Positions 12,687-25,959 of a DNA stretch of 64,000 bases are shown here, in pieces. Made by a program: the position numbers and the translations under genes. Each line of letters opens with the position of its first letter. Within the stretch, counting starts at the first letter, position 1. Source of the DNA: Lytechinus pictus (taxonomy: Eukaryota); NCBI RefSeq assembly GCF_037042905.1, contig NC_087251.1, forward strand, positions 36,396,001 through 36,460,000, read 5' to 3'. The notes below the pieces were generated by a model. It did no database searches. It worked only from the letters and a program-made list of their open reading frames with translations, and was not told the DNA's origin.

Positions 12687-14412
12687 TAGGCCGATAGCAT
12701 TGTTACCAATTTTTTCAAAGATTCTAGACAAAATAATTTATAAACGTTTAAATGAGTTTTTTTTTAAAAGAACATCTTGATTCCTCAGCAGTGTGGATTT
12801 CGTAGAAACTTCTCCACACAAATGGGTGTTTTTTTCTTAGTGAGTAATATCTTTCAGGCTATTGATGAAAACAAATATTGTCTGGAGATATTTTTAGGTC
12901 CGTCAAAGGCATTTGATACCATTGACCATGATATCCTTCTCAAGAAACTTGAACACTATGGAATTCGTGGTGTAGCATTGTCATGGTTCCGAAGCTATTT
13001 GTGTGATAGGACACAATTTGTTATGATAGATAGATCTAGATCCAAACATGCTACGATTAACTATGGTGTACCTCAGGGTTATGTTCTTGGTCCCCTGTTG
13101 TTTCTGATCTATATAAACGATATAATACATTCATCAACATTATTCTCATACTCCCTGTTTGCTGATGATACCAGTCTGATGCTATCTGATAAGTCAGTAG
13201 AAAATTTGTTACTAGTTGCAAATCAAGAAATTAAGAAGCTGTATTCATGGTTTTGTTGCAATAAGCTATTGTTGAATATTAAAAAAACTAAGTGCATAAT
13301 TTTTCGCTCTAAGGGTAAAAAGCTTCCAGGGTGTATAACCTGTCTTCATATAGGGGGTCATGATGTTGAACCAAGTGCAAATATTTAGTTTCTTGGGTTA
13401 TATATCGATGAGCTGTTTGAGCACCTATCCTGGAAAAATCATCTAGATGCTGTCTGCACAAAGGTGTCTCGCAGTGTAGGTGTTATTTATAGGTTAAAAT
13501 CAATTTTACCTGAAATGATACTGATAACAATATACAATAGTATTGTTCTACCTTATCTGACATTTCAAGTCATATCTTCATAAATTGAGAGTATTGCAGA
13601 AAAGGGCAATATGACTTATAACAAATTCTAATTATAGACATCCAAGTACTCCATTATTTTTTCGTCTGAAAATGCTACCACTAAGTGAACTTGTGTCGTT
13701 CAATTGTGCATTGTTCATGTTCAAACTACAGTCAATGCCTTAAGAATGTACCTTAAAAAAATTATTTCTTCAGAATTCACAAATACATAATTATAATACA
13801 CGTCAAAAGGATCTATTTCGTCAGCCATTTGTGAGAACAAATGTCACACTGACCTCCTTTCATATGTCATGTATTAAAGAGTGGAACAATTTACCTGTTG
13901 ATATAAAAAATAGTAAAACGTTTTTCATGTTCCAAAACACAAAAAGATTATCCAAAACTTTCTTTCTTGGCAGATTATGATTATTTTCCTTCAATATGTA
14001 TTTTAAGTTGATGTATTTGCATTTAAGTTGATGACCTACTCAGAATTTATGTTTAGTATGTGCATATGTGGGTGGATGTGGTTGTGGTTGTGTGTGTGGG
14101 TGTGTGTATATATATATATGTGTGTTTGTAATCGTTTTCCATTCTATTTTTAGCATCTTAACCTTATTATATATATATTTTTTCTCTCCTTTTGTATCTT
14201 GTAGATTAGTATATCCTATGTTGTATGTTAATAATCATAAGTATTCCAGGGCCCTACTCACAAGCTTTGCTTTTAAAGGGGTCCTAAAACCAATTCGTCT
14301 ATGCTATAATCTAATTGATGTATGTTTATGTACTCATTTACGTTGTATGTATATCTATTTTGATTATGATGTGATGTTTTTGGTTTTGAATAAATAAACT
14401 TGAACTTGAACT
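12687..14412 (+). mobile_element. Decayed, 5'-truncated non-LTR retrotransposon (L2/CR1 group, Crack/Daphne-like) with reverse-transcriptase pseudogene
   Basis: RT motifs RPIALLPIFSKIL, QCGFR, SKAFDTIDH.ILLKKLEHYGIRG, GVPQGYVLGPLLFLIYIND and LFADDT, interrupted by frameshifts and stops (TAG at 13386-13388; QKRAI*L). The 3' UTR ends aataaataaa(cttgaa)n. Confidence 0.9.
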
Positions 14413-14702
14413 TTATGTATGACATGTGACAAGTGATAAATTATTCTATCGGGTGCTGTATAGAATTAATACATCAGACAAGAATTAAAGATATATATAA
14501 AGAAAATATAATCTTTGCATAGTGTTTTTTATCAAAAACTTTTCATATTTTTCTCATTTTTGCAGATTTCTCATCAGTCACTTTTTTTAATCATATCTAA
14601 TCTGTTAAGAAACTAATCTGTAGTTCATATTATATCCATATATAAACTGATGTAACAGCAATACAAAGAAACATTGTTTTTAAGAGGAGCAATAGCCATA
14701 TA

Positions 14703-16111
14703 CAGGCGCGTAGCCAGGGGGGGCGGTCGCCCCCCCAAAAAACGTCCCCAAAAAGAAAAAAAAAGGGAAAAAGAGAGGAGAAAAGGAAAAGCGAAGGAAG
14801 GAAAGGGAAGAAAGGTAGCTTTGTGGGTTTTTCCTGTTATTCTTTTTTTATTCTAAAAAAAGAAACTCCTTCACTCTTGCTCTAAATTCATATATATGAT
14901 TTTTGCTTCCGCGCTACGCGCGGTTAAATGACAATATTGCAGTTCTCCTTTGATTCCCTCACCCTTTCTCTAACCATGTTTTTCCACCTCGCCTATATGT
15001 GTTTCTTGCCAGTTAAAGTTCAAATATATACATTAGGGCATGAAATTAGAGTAAGGATAGACCAAAGTATATGAAGTTATCTTTTTTTTAATTGGTCGCG
15101 CAACTTCTGGTCGGGTCGGCTCCGGGCGGGTAGAATCTTTATATCAATTTCTGCCGTCACCTCCATATAGGCAACTTCTCCCCGCCGCTTTTCAGCTCAT
15201 TACTAAACAACCATAATTTGGGGGCAAACAGGTTCCTAATTTAAAAAGAGGAAGGTATAAAAATTTGTGTCGTATTAAATAAAAAAAGTACAATATTTTT
15301 TTATCAAATTCTACTAAACTTCATATCATTTCCCTACAAATTCATTTCCTGTCCTGTTTTGCGCCCTCAGTTTGAAATTTTGACTGACACTTAAATTTCT
15401 TTATCATTCAAAATGAAGCGCATCAGGATAAGTCAAAGAAATTATACATCATCCTGTTTTATATAATTTCAATAAATCATAAAAGTTTCAACTTTTTGCG
15501 CACCATTTTCCTTGTAATGAAGTTCAATAATCTTAAAGGGAAAACAATTGACGAAACGTCCGCCCTTTGAAATTTTAGAGTTTCATTGCTCTGCGCGGGG
15601 AGGAATATCTTCCTCCCGGCATATATCCTTCTTCTCCTCTGTTTTGCGAGTTAAAGATAAGCACTGTTGCTAAATTGTTTGTAATCAAACCTGATCTTTC
15701 CAAGAGAAGTAATCAGTACTGATAACTTAGAGAATACCCTTTTCTTTAAAAAAAAATGATAAAACGCTTTAGCTTCCGCGCTTCGTGCGGGGTCAATATT
15801 ATTTCAATTTCCTCCATTTATCCCTTTTTTGTGCGTTCACAATCACTTTTGAAAACGAGGTTCAAAATCACAATACAGTCAACTGAATGGGGCTGATATA
15901 GGTACTAGAGACAAGAGAAACGGCTCCTTTTCATTTTAATTTATGAAACACCGAAAGCTTCGCGCTTTGCGCGGGAGGGGGAAACTTCCCCTCCCTGCAC
16001 CCACCCCCTAGGGAGCGCGCTTTGCGCGCTCTGTAAGTGTTGGCACCAAGGTTGGCACGCTTCGCGTGCATTTACCGCCCCCTCCAAAATGAAATCCTGG
16101 CTACGCGGTTG
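14703..16111. mobile_element. hAT-like non-autonomous DNA transposon (1.4 kb)
   Basis: Perfect 8-bp TSD gccatata on both sides; TIR caggcgcgtagccagg ... cctggctacgcggttg; GC-rich subterminal motifs (gcttcgcgc). No transposase ORF. Confidence 0.88.
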
Positions 16112-17747
16112 GCCATATAATGTATAAAAATTCAAAACAACCAAAGCAATTTGCAGGCAAACCATGTAATATTGAGTCAGTTCTTACATTTTGATGATTA
16201 TGCAAGGATATAACAAAATCTTCTATTCAACTCACAGCTCCTGGTATCTCTGTCAACTCTAAACACTTAATGATATTCATTTGTTTTCAGTAATTAGAAA
16301 AATACAATATGACCACTATTGAGGTCTTGGTCAATGTTAGCTCCTAAAAAAAGTAAATGCAATGATTACAAAGCAATCTGTAATTTTTTTAAACTCTTGT
16401 TTCACTTTTGGAATTGTACTTTTTATACTTCTGAAATTTTGGGACTAGTTTGGTACATTTTGAATTGGATTCTTTAATTAAGATGAATTAGTGTATAGTT
16501 TTGAAAAAAATAATTGAGATTTTCACCATATATGCAAAATTTTAAGATGCATGTAATGAATAAATCAATAGTTGATTTGAAATATAAATTTGAAGCAATT
16601 GAAATAAAATACTAATGATAGTCATGTAATGATTATCTCAATAACTTCTCTTGTAGGAATCTTTTTGAATTGTCAACCTATTAAAACCTTGCAATCTTTG
16701 CCAATTCCAACATATCGTTAGAAACTGCCCTGTAATCATTGCTTTACATGCTCTTTGATCACATTCAATAAACAGTTAAAAGTGCTTAACTTGTTGTCTG
16801 ATCCGAACTGCTTTTAAGCAATGCCGGATTCCCTTTAATACATTAAACATGACTTTGGAATTTCACTTGTTTGTTATGAAGTTATGAGTTATGGTAAATT
16901 TACCAGAGCATGTAATGAGGAGCGTGTAATTCTGTTTGCTTGTTTGCCGAAAGTCTTTCCTTTGATGTCTAGTGATTTCTTCACTGTCTCCGAATCATTT
17001 GTGTGATCCATTCATACAGATATATTGAATATTTTTTCATGATCAGCTAATGACTTTTGCTCGTCATTGTTTGAATACCTCATATTTTGCATGCAGAAAT
17101 TTATCAAAAACTATTTCCTTAAACTTTCCACAAGCCAGAGTCATCAATCCAAGATAAAGTTATTAAAAAAAGACCTTTAGAGTTAAATTTTGTGCAACTT
17201 TCAAAGCAGTAAATTCAAGGAATAGATTAATTTTACCAAAAGAGAGAAAAAAAGAGGACTTTGTTTATTCAAAAGTGTTCTGCTAAATTGAGCATCGGTG
17301 GAACACAGAAGCTATCTAGGTCTAAAAGTAAATGGCTCATTAGATATGTCAGACTTAGTTTCTTTCTTGTAATTAGACACTAATAGGTTTCAGTCAGCTA
17401 TCTCATTTGAAAGGTTGTAAACAAACTACATAACAAACTAGCCTGCTCTTATGGAGGATATGCTGTCGTTTGGACGACCAGGGAAATTGCTGATTGGTCT
17501 ACACCCACTTCGACTACTTTCGGTTAGGTCTTATTGCAAATGGTCTAATCCCGGATTGGTCTAATTGCCGTTTGCCCATTTACCAGTTTGTCTACTTCCA
17601 GTTAGGCTATATTCATCTAATATCTACTTGGACTAACATGCACTTGGTCTTTCACTTAGCGGGTGTTTCCAAATAATATTTCCCATCAATTGCAAATATT
17701 CTGTTGCAAATTTACAAAAATTATCAATTTTAACTGTAGCAAATCAG

Positions 17748-17878
17748 GGTCCCGTAACACAAAGGTTAGCGATTAATCGTATGCTTGATTTTTACGATTG
17801 ATTGTACATTGAAGTCAATGGAATCAATCGTAGAAAAAAATGTTCTACGATCATTGCTAAGTTTTTTGTTACGGGCCC
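17748..17878. mobile_element. Short Harbinger-like MITE
   Basis: CAG TSD; ggtcccgtaacacaaag ... tttgttacgggccc. Confidence 0.75.
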
Positions 17879-18059
17879 CAGATCACACTTGTTTCAAGAA
17901 GCAGATTAGCACTCAATCATAAATTCGTAAATAAATTTTAAACTTCTGATTGGTTTAGGGACCAAAAATAGATTTGAATTGATCGTAAATCTCTTGCAAT
18001 GCCCTATTAGTTTGTGCGTATAGATGAGTTGTTTATGAACCAAATTTTCATTTGACAAA

Positions 18060-18518
18060 AGGTGGTTTCAGACCGCCTCGAAGTTCTTCAGTAGCAGGTA
18101 TTTTCTGATCGGAAAATTTACCCCGATCAGAAAATACCAGATAATATTGGCAATGTGAAAGCAAATAAGGCGTAATCTCCCCGAAAGAAAATATAGTAGG
18201 TACTTGTCAAAATTACGATAACTTTCTTGGGAATTTTTTCCAAGGTCGCAGGTATTTTGGCAATGTGAAAGCAATTTACGGGAACTTTTAGCCCAGCGTG
18301 TAGTTGGGCGTGGGTGACTGCTGAGCTAGTGATTTTGAATCTCACGCCTTGCCTGCTTATCAGACCATACTGTGCATGCTCGTAACTTTAGGAACTTATC
18401 CCAAAGGATATGATTCGGAGCGGTGTGAATGCAGGAATAATTAATGGGTATTTTTAGCCTAAAAAAGTTCTCGTAATTTAACGGGGATTCTTATGATCGA
18501 GGCAGTTTGAAACCACCT
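18060..18518 (+). mobile_element. PIF/Harbinger-like MITE (family C)
   Basis: 3-bp TSD aaa; TIR aggtggtttcagaccgcctcga ... tcgaggcagtttgaaaccacct. Copies at 39645 and ~47988. Confidence 0.85.
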
Positions 18519-18902
18519 AAAGTAAGAAATAATAAGCAGACAGAGTAATAATTAGTCCAACTTGGAATGAGACTATAAAATGAGAATTAGATAACATAGG
18601 TATTAGACCAAGTAAAGTGTAGACTAAACAGAAATAATACCAAACTGAAAGTAGAACAAATGGGATTAATCTATGTGGTACTAGACTATTAAAGAAATCA
18701 AATGCTTTTAGACCAGCCAAATCTAAATCATTGACTAGACGGTACCTCATTCCCACAGATTTTGTAGTATAGGAATATTTCCTTGGATAACAACAGCAAG
18801 AAATCAGAATGAAACCTTTTTTTTCACATGGTCTGGTTAAAAGAAAATAAAAAGATACACATAACAGGTATTCTAATACTGTGTCCATGATTCCCACAAA
18901 CT

Positions 18903-19230
18903 TTTGTATAATTATCAAACAAGTGTGTGTCTAATTACAGGATAATACAAACTTCACTCTCATTGGCCTGTAATTTAAATCAAGAGCATGGAATAACCAC
19001 ATAGGAATAACCATTTTTGTATATTCATCAAACCTATTTATGTCTAATTACAAGCTAATACAAACTTTACTCTCCTTGGTGCTTAATTAGAATCAAGGGA
19101 ATAAAATAAGGACATAGGAATACACACTTTTTGTATAATCATCAAACAACTTTGTGTCTAATTACAGGCTAATACAAACTTTACTCTTTCTCTTTAGTGT
19201 TTTTGATAAAAATAAAGGGCATGGGTATAC
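18903..19230. repeat. Diverged tandem repeat, ~113-bp unit x3
   Basis: tgtata..atcaaac....tgtctaattaca.g.taatacaaactt.actctc recurs at ~18905, 19017 and 19131. Confidence 0.7.
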
Positions 19231-20504
19231 CACGATACATAATTTGTGCTTACTCAATGACTTGATGGAACACACACACAAATCATTCTAGTCAATTTGG
19301 AATTTATATTCTTACAATTGTATAACTTATGAGTTATTGTTCCTCAGGTCATCAATACAGCACAAAATTGAAAACATTTTGAAGGGCACAAAATCATCCA
19401 ATGCTGGGCATTAAGGCTAATTAATTAGCCTGGGATCAATTTGAGCCCTGCTATGGAGGTATGTATCAATAAAAAAAAACTTTATCTGGAAAATCAAGAT
19501 TGATCAAAATTTGTGTCACATGAATATATTTGCCTAAACTTATAGTGGTATAACCAATAGGATTCAGATAGGAGGGGGACTTGGACACCACCCCCCCCCC
19601 CAAAAAAAAAAGGACTAGGGAAAAATCGAGAAATAGAAAGAAGAAAGGCAAAGGCTGAAATACAGTACTATTTTATGAATGTTATATAAAATCTATCAAA
19701 AGTTAATTTTTGCTTGCTTGCTTATTAATATTTTTTGCCCTGTACACCATGTCTGGTCCCTACAAATTTTTGGCTCACAACGCTACCAGGTATAACCACG
19801 TTGAATATAATCACACAGACTTGGCAACTGGTAGTTCTAATCTGTTTGTAGGAAGTGTCACTCCTTGTCTAAATTCTGTAAAAATCATTAACCTGTGCAA
19901 GCTTCACTGCAAAGTAGTGCATTCTTTGATTTTTAAGAGGACTGCTGATATTTCAATTTGTAGAAATGGAAGGAAACCTTAAGAGTTGAGATTTCCCACA
20001 GAGCTAGCCATTTCCTTTCTTCATCAGTACGAGGTGTAAATATTTTGATAAGTGGATTCTTTATATGTATGACTAGTCTTAAAGTGTTAAAATGTTACCA
20101 CGATAGTATAGAATTATCAATAAAACATTTTCTTTCTCATTCATAATTGCAGTTTGAAGGGTAGTTGCAAGATTTATTGTAATTATTTGGGGTTTGACTT
20201 ACTTCAGGTAGATTTTGAAAAGAATCTCACCAAATTGAATTTTTCAAATATTATATCACAAAACAAAAGGAATACCTTGTGATGATATTGATACAATTAA
20301 TGAGGACACTTTTATGTTGAGCAAATAAACAAGAGATACGATTCTCATAAACATTTATAAACACTTCTTAAGTAGTATTTCTTGCCATAACTTATCAGTA
20401 TCACCATTTAGTTTTCAAATGGGAAGGAAACGGTTACCTGTACAAGATATCTGTTCCGTTCGTGTCATAATAAATCATAAAGATGGTTGTGAAATGTTCA
20501 TACA

Positions 20505-20635
20505 AGGGGAGCTTTCATGAAACAAATATGATTGTCGCTGGCAAGTGTTATGAGCTACTGAAATCCTTGCATCTGATTGGCTCAGAACAAATTGGTCAGT
20601 GAAAATTAGCTATTTGCTCTGTGAAGCACTCCCAG
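20505..20635. mobile_element. Degenerate short MITE (related copy at 55083-55216)
   Basis: ggggagctttcatgaaac ... gtgaagcactccc, with a shared core agctactgaaatcctt..tctgattggctcagaacaaatt. Confidence 0.55.
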
Positions 20636-20654
20636 GATCTTTATTCACTGGAAT

Positions 20655-20890
20655 ATAATAATAATGATGATGACGATGATGATGATGATGATGATAATGG
20701 TGATGATATTGGTGATGATGATGATGATGATGATGATAATGGTGATGATGATGATGATGATGATAATGGTGATGATGATGAAGATGATGATGATGATAAT
20801 GGTGATGATGATGAAGATGATGATGATGATAATGGTGATGATGAAGATGATGATGGTGATGATGATGATGATGATGATAATAATGATAAT
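20655..20890. repeat. (GAT)n microsatellite with gataatggt/gaa interruptions
   Basis: Seen directly; it produces the poly-D/H/M/I pseudo-ORFs. Confidence 0.95.
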
Positions 20891-21648
20891 CAGTTCTTTT
20901 ATAGCACATAACACATAGCTTCCTCATGGAATATATCTTATCTTTCTGCTCGTACTAACATGCTTCAATCAATGAACAGAACTATGGAAGTCATCAGAAT
21001 CTTTGATTTAGATCAGTTTTGATAACCCACTGTGATGTATTCAAATAGAGATCTCATGTTCTTACCTAGTAGTATCAAATTAGACACCATGTAATCTGCA
21101 CTTTTACATCTCAACATCAGTCATGTTCTTGAATAAATGACCTTGGGGTAGACCCATAAAACAATATGGTAGAAGAGAAGGGGGTTTGAATGGTTTAATT
21201 TATTTCAATTTTCTGTTGATGAACAAATGATTGAGATATAATAGAAACTCTGATGAAGTATAGTATTTTATGAAAGGTCACCAGTGCACATTTAACAATA
21301 TTATTTGAATGGAAAATTTGATATGATTGTCCATTTATTGTAAGGTTAACAAAATATTTTGAACATTTCATCTGTAGGCATTATTCCAGTTTTATCCTGA
21401 AATCAATTGCCTTTCCAATCCTTGTAATAAACATTGTTGAGGTTCAAACAGGACATATTAATTATTAACTAGTGATCTTATTTTCACTGCCCTTATGTTT
21501 TGAAGGCACTTTACATTTTAAAACCACTTAAATTTCAAATGTAGATTGAACCTCGTGTAAATTCATGTTAGGCTTACAAGATTGTGTAAAATGCATCATT
21601 ATGCTTGCTTAAATGAAATTGCTATGTTAATGATTTCCTTTGTTTCAG

Positions 21649-21779
21649 GTCCAAACCAATGCGAACTGAACTGCATGCCTAAAGGAGAACACTTCTACTA
21701 CCGTCAGGCAGTGAAAGTTATTGACGGAACCAGATGTGGACCCAACACTATCGATGTCTGTGTGGATGGGGTCTGCAGG
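21649..21779 (+). CDS. PAPLN: Papilin-like / ADAMTS-like protein, internal exon (ADAMTS cysteine-rich module): (G)PNQCELNCMPKGEHFYYRQAVKVIDGTRCGPNTIDVCVDGVCR
   Basis: Pyrimidine-rich tttcag acceptor and gtaaga donor; 131 nt, phase 1 to 0. The CELNCMPKGExFYY..VIDGTRC..DVCVDGxC pattern is typical of the papilin cassette. Confidence 0.9.
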
Positions 21780-21940
21780 GTAAGACTAACATTTCTTCTT
21801 TCTCTATTATTTCATCTTTCTATACAATTTTCCGCCTTTTCTTTGAACTTGTGTGGATGGGGTCTGCAGGGTAAGACTAACATTTCTTCTTTCTCTATTA
21901 TTTCATCTTTCTATACAATTTTCCGCCTTTTCTTTGAACT
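21759..21940 (+). repeat. 91-bp perfect tandem duplication spanning the exon 3' end and splice donor
   Basis: 21759-21849 is repeated at 21850-21940. Confidence 0.95.
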
Positions 21941-21987
21941 TGCTTTAATGAATTTCTTCAATCAAAGCTGACATGTAGACAGGCCTG

Positions 21988-22178
21988 GTGGGTGCTTCAT
22001 AAAGTTGTTAGTAAGTTATGAGCAACTTTACGGACGACTGGTGACTCTTCCTTTGGTACTTAATCAACATCAATGAAAATCCGGTGTGTTGTCAATTACC
22101 ACAAGAAAGGATCACCAGTCTTTGTAAAGTCATCGTGAAGTCGCTCGTAACTGATGAACAGCTTTATGAAACACCCAC
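21988..22178. mobile_element. Hairpin MITE (family E)
   Basis: CTG TSD; gtgggtgcttcataaag ... ctttatgaaacacccac. Confidence 0.8.
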
Positions 22179-22491
22179 CTGGTCTATAGACACTTGTTTT
22201 ACATTCTAATCAAAACCAAGCAAGGTTGATAGTCAGGTAGAATGAAATATGCAGGTGTACTTCAGGAACTTGAGGTTGAAACCAATCATATCCTACACCA
22301 AAGCTCACTACCTGTTAGTAGTACAGGTCAAGTTCATAACTGACCCTATTTCACCTTAGAAATTGACTGCGTATTGATGAGCATATATACTGCTGTGTGA
22401 AGACTGCCCAAGGGGGTTAAGATAAGTGGCCTTTATGAGCAGGTGGTCGTCACAGATTGGTTACTGTATTACAGTGGAACCAGTATATTAA

Positions 22492-23075
22492 AGGAGAATG
22501 AAACTCTTGGAGCAAGTAAGCTTTTATGAAAGCAGAAAAATCAAAGAATAAGATCAACAAAAGTTTGAGTAAAATAGGACTAGCAATAGAAGAGTTATGA
22601 GCATTTGAATGTCGAGATCACTAATGCTATGGAGATCCTCCCATTGGCAATGCGACCAAGATCTATGATGTCACAGATGAACAAATCTCCCATTTTGGAC
22701 ACTGAAAATATACCCCAAAACATCTCTTTCTGCTCATTCTAATCATATGACAAACGATTCATCATTGATATAATGTTGTGAAACCTCTGTACTTGTCCTC
22801 TCATAAAGAGAACACCTCACCTTGTGATAGACTCTATAAAAGTGAGAATATAAGTGAAATAAGTACTAAAGTAATGAGGGAGTTGTACGTGTGTGACATC
22901 ACAGATCTTGGTCGCATTGCCAGTGGGAGGATCTACATGGCATTAGTGATCTCGACATTCAAATGCTCATAACTTTCTTATTATTCATTCGATCTTCCTC
23001 AAACTTTCGACAATATGTTTCTTTGATTTTTCTCTTTGATATGGATTCAGCTGGTTTCAAGGGTTTCATTCTCCT
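22492..23075. mobile_element. Kolobok-like MITE (family B), canonical asymmetric form
   Basis: TTAA TSD and aggagaatgaaa...tttcattctcct termini. The right 383 bp are nearly identical to 5173-5555; the left ~190 bp is a diverged TIR. Confidence 0.9.
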
Positions 23076-23225
23076 TTAAAGACTACCCAAGGGTAACCAG
23101 AAGTGTGGTCTATATGAGCAAGTGGTCTCTTACGACAGGTGAAACCTGTAAGAAAAGTGGTCCAATTATCAAGTGATTTTTAAATACAGGTAGGTTAGAA
23201 ACCTGTACATATAGACTGCCCAAGG

Positions 23226-23711
23226 CCCGGGGCCAGTCAAATATATTGCTGTACACATGCATGACAAAAAAAACGCATTGAAAGGGGTGTTTTTTCAGTT
23301 TTGGATACGGGCCTTGCAAGCACTCGTTACGGGTATCAAAAACACTGATTTAAAAAAAAAAGGTGGTTTTGAAAGACTGGTCAATGGTCAATCGTGGGGT
23401 CAAACGTATTTAGGGTATATTTTTTTCCAAAGTTTTTTTTATTTCAAGATAGCCAACCATGTTTAGGGTATGTTTTTCCCCAAGCTTTTTCCTTCTCGTT
23501 TCTGAAAAGTGTTCGGGCGTTCGATAAAACTTGTTTATAGGAGTCATATTCTGTCAACAACTTGTTAAGGGGCCAAAATGTGTAAATGAAGCCTGCGAAG
23601 AACTTGTTTAGGGGATTATTTTGCACACAGAGAAAAACTTGTTAGGGGGTGTTTGGAAATAATGTGGTCACGCATGTGTACATCAATGACCGGCCCTCTC
23701 CCCTCCCCGGG
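23226..23711. mobile_element. Unclassified non-autonomous DNA element with CCCGGG termini
   Basis: TSD cccaagg (7 bp, or 8 if the g is counted); subterminal inverted tgtacacatgc/gcatgtgtaca; ttaggggt subrepeats. Related in style to 40462-41012. Confidence 0.75.
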
Positions 23712-24411
23712 CCCAAGGATGACAAGAAAAGTGGTCTTTATTTTAGGCAGGTTCTTGCAATAACCATATGCTCCATTAGGGAGGGGGCATCTAAGGGAAA
23801 CCGAATTTGTGTTCTTTACAGACAAGTGGCCCTTTTATACAGGTGCAAGCTGGAACAGATTTGACTTTGTTTGGAATATTGAAAGTTTCAAATGGAGGAA
23901 CATCTTTGAAGCTGCTAAGGGAGTTAAGGAATTCAGACATAAATCAAAGATAATTTCAGTCTTTAAGTTTGAAGAACGATGAATGAACCAAGCTTAATTT
24001 GGCTATATACAATGACTTTTCAGCAGCCACTTGCTATAAGAAACTCCTTGGTTTGAAAAGAGAAAAATATAGCCTTGATGAAGATGCTTTGATTAACCAC
24101 TTAACAATATCAATAAGCAGATTAAGAGAAAAATTGAACTTACTCTTGGACATTTTGGAGACTGACAAAAATTGGTTAAATGTCTTTAATTTCAAACGTT
24201 GATTGGATTTTAACGGGTTTGGGTTCAAGCTCCTGCTTAGACTTGACACCTCAGTGGTATTGATGTAGGAGCTTTTGGAGTGGCTTGTTTCCTGATAGTA
24301 CAGAGGAAATAGATCCTTTAGAAACCATCACAACAATGTTACATGTGTCTGCTGAACTCTAATGCTATGTTCACGCCAATGAAATGGGACTTCAGACCAA
24401 CCAAAGCTATT

Positions 24412-24839
24412 AGACACCATCCTCACTACCTTCCTAAAACTAGTTTACTTGAAACTAGTTTAGTGGAAACTAGTTTAACTTGTAATGAGAACGGTCGAAG
24501 CAATCTTCCAAAACGGTTCATAAAACCACCTCGCGATGTAGTTTTGAAGATTGCTTTGCCTCGTTAAACTGGCTTTAATGTAAGTGAGGACACAACCGTT
24601 CGTACATTTTGAGCGCGCTACTCTACACACTGTGTGTAGAATGCCTTCGATGCGGTGTTGAATTTCGCATGAAACGTGTCACCCCACTGAGAGCGTTCCA
24701 ATAGCAACAAGATCGCTTTACGTGAAGTGATTTTGAAAACAACTTTCAGGTGATCAAATGGGAACGCTAGCAAAGCGATCTTCTAAACTGGTTTTTCTGA
24801 ACCGGTTTCCAGTAAAGAAAGCGTAATGAGAACGGGTCT
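24412..24839 (-). mobile_element. MITE family D (aaactagttt subrepeats)
   Basis: Inverted homolog of 41469-41914; terminal ccgttctcattac-like TIR. Confidence 0.75.
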
Positions 24840-25959
24840 TAGATTAGTTTGAATGACATACCATCAGTTGGGGTGGACTTGGATTTTTGGGTGTGGCTGT
24901 TACATTAAAAGTTGGTTTGTACAGACCCTTGTACTTAAATTTCAAAAAATATAGTGATGAAGTCCGACATGAGTGTCCCAAACATGTGCAGGTGTTTTGA
25001 AACTTTGCCAATAATTTTTTTTCAGTAAGTTTAAAGGTATTTAAAGATGAAAGACTTTTTTATTATTTTTTATATATTTCACGTTGGCACAATCAGTGAA
25101 AATCTTCACATGTAATTGCTGATCAATTTAAATTTTTGAATATGAAATAAAAATTGTAAAATAATATATATCAGAAAAAAAATCATTAAAATCAAATAAT
25201 GAAGTGTGAAAGTTCTTTTGCGTTACAGATTGAAGAGTGAAGTGATGTAAAATTCAGAGTTCTAATAAATATGATGGAAAGCAACAGGTTGAGATTTAAC
25301 TTTTCTGTATTCTCTGTATCATGGTGAGCTCACTGTGTGAATATGCAACTAAATAAAATAATTTACCTGGCAACCATTAATAGTGATTCACCATGGTAAC
25401 AACACATGATATGACAGGTGTCAACCTGACTTAATTTTTTTGACACAGGTACACTATCTGTTAAGATGAATCAATGAATAATACCACTAAAACTATTTTA
25501 CAGGTATGTTGACATTGGTTTATTCAATGTGTAAATAAATTTTAAATTTTTTTATTGATATTGTATGATTTAGCTCATTTTTTGAATAATTATTGATTGA
25601 CAATGAGGAAATTTCAGCACAATTTTTTTAACAGCACACCTGAAAGATTTTGCATAAGACAAGTTGGGTTATTGATTTGCTTTTGGAAGCTCCACAGCGT
25701 TCTTCGAATTCTTGATTAAATGAAACAAATATCTGATTTTGAAACCATTTATTTCTATTTATTTATTTCTAATATTTCAAAACTATCTATTTCTCTTCAT
25801 CTCCAGAGATTATATCAAAAACAAGTATGGTTAAAAAAACACAACTATAACTAAGCCTTGAAAATAATGACTTGCACACAGTGGACTAAATGTACATTCA
25901 TACTTTGTAAAGGTTTGTATCCACTTGGTTTACTAGCATATTTCTGATTTTCAGATTTT

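Larger units (their letters stand above)
22472..23868. mobile_element. Old Tc1/mariner-like MITE (ta-cagtggaacc terminus, gtggtc subrepeats) interrupted by two younger insertions
   Basis: Starts tacagtggaacc. The aagtggtc/acaggt subrepeats resume after each nested element. Right end is degenerate. Confidence 0.5.

Noticed and set aside
12777..13388. Intact reverse transcriptase gene (retron/DGR-like system)
   Set aside because: The motifs are non-LTR LINE type, broken by stops and frameshifts, 5'-truncated and followed by a LINE 3' tail.
20610..20927. Poly-His, poly-Asp, poly-Met and poly-Ile ORFs
   Set aside because: All are frames of one (GAT)n microsatellite, with no splice signals or flanking coding context.
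21248..21285. Second hammerhead candidate (ctgatga...gaaa)
   Set aside because: No convincing helix II (no closing G-C pair) and no helix I or III pairing.
21582..21971. 129-aa ORF as a single-exon gene
   Set aside because: Only 21649-21779 is domain-like and bounded by AG/GT; the rest is intron read-through.
4877..22972. Three near-identical 64-aa ORFs (MKPLYLSS...) suggesting a small gene family
   Set aside because: They lie within copies or arms of the family B MITE, so their identity reflects the repeat, not coding constraint.
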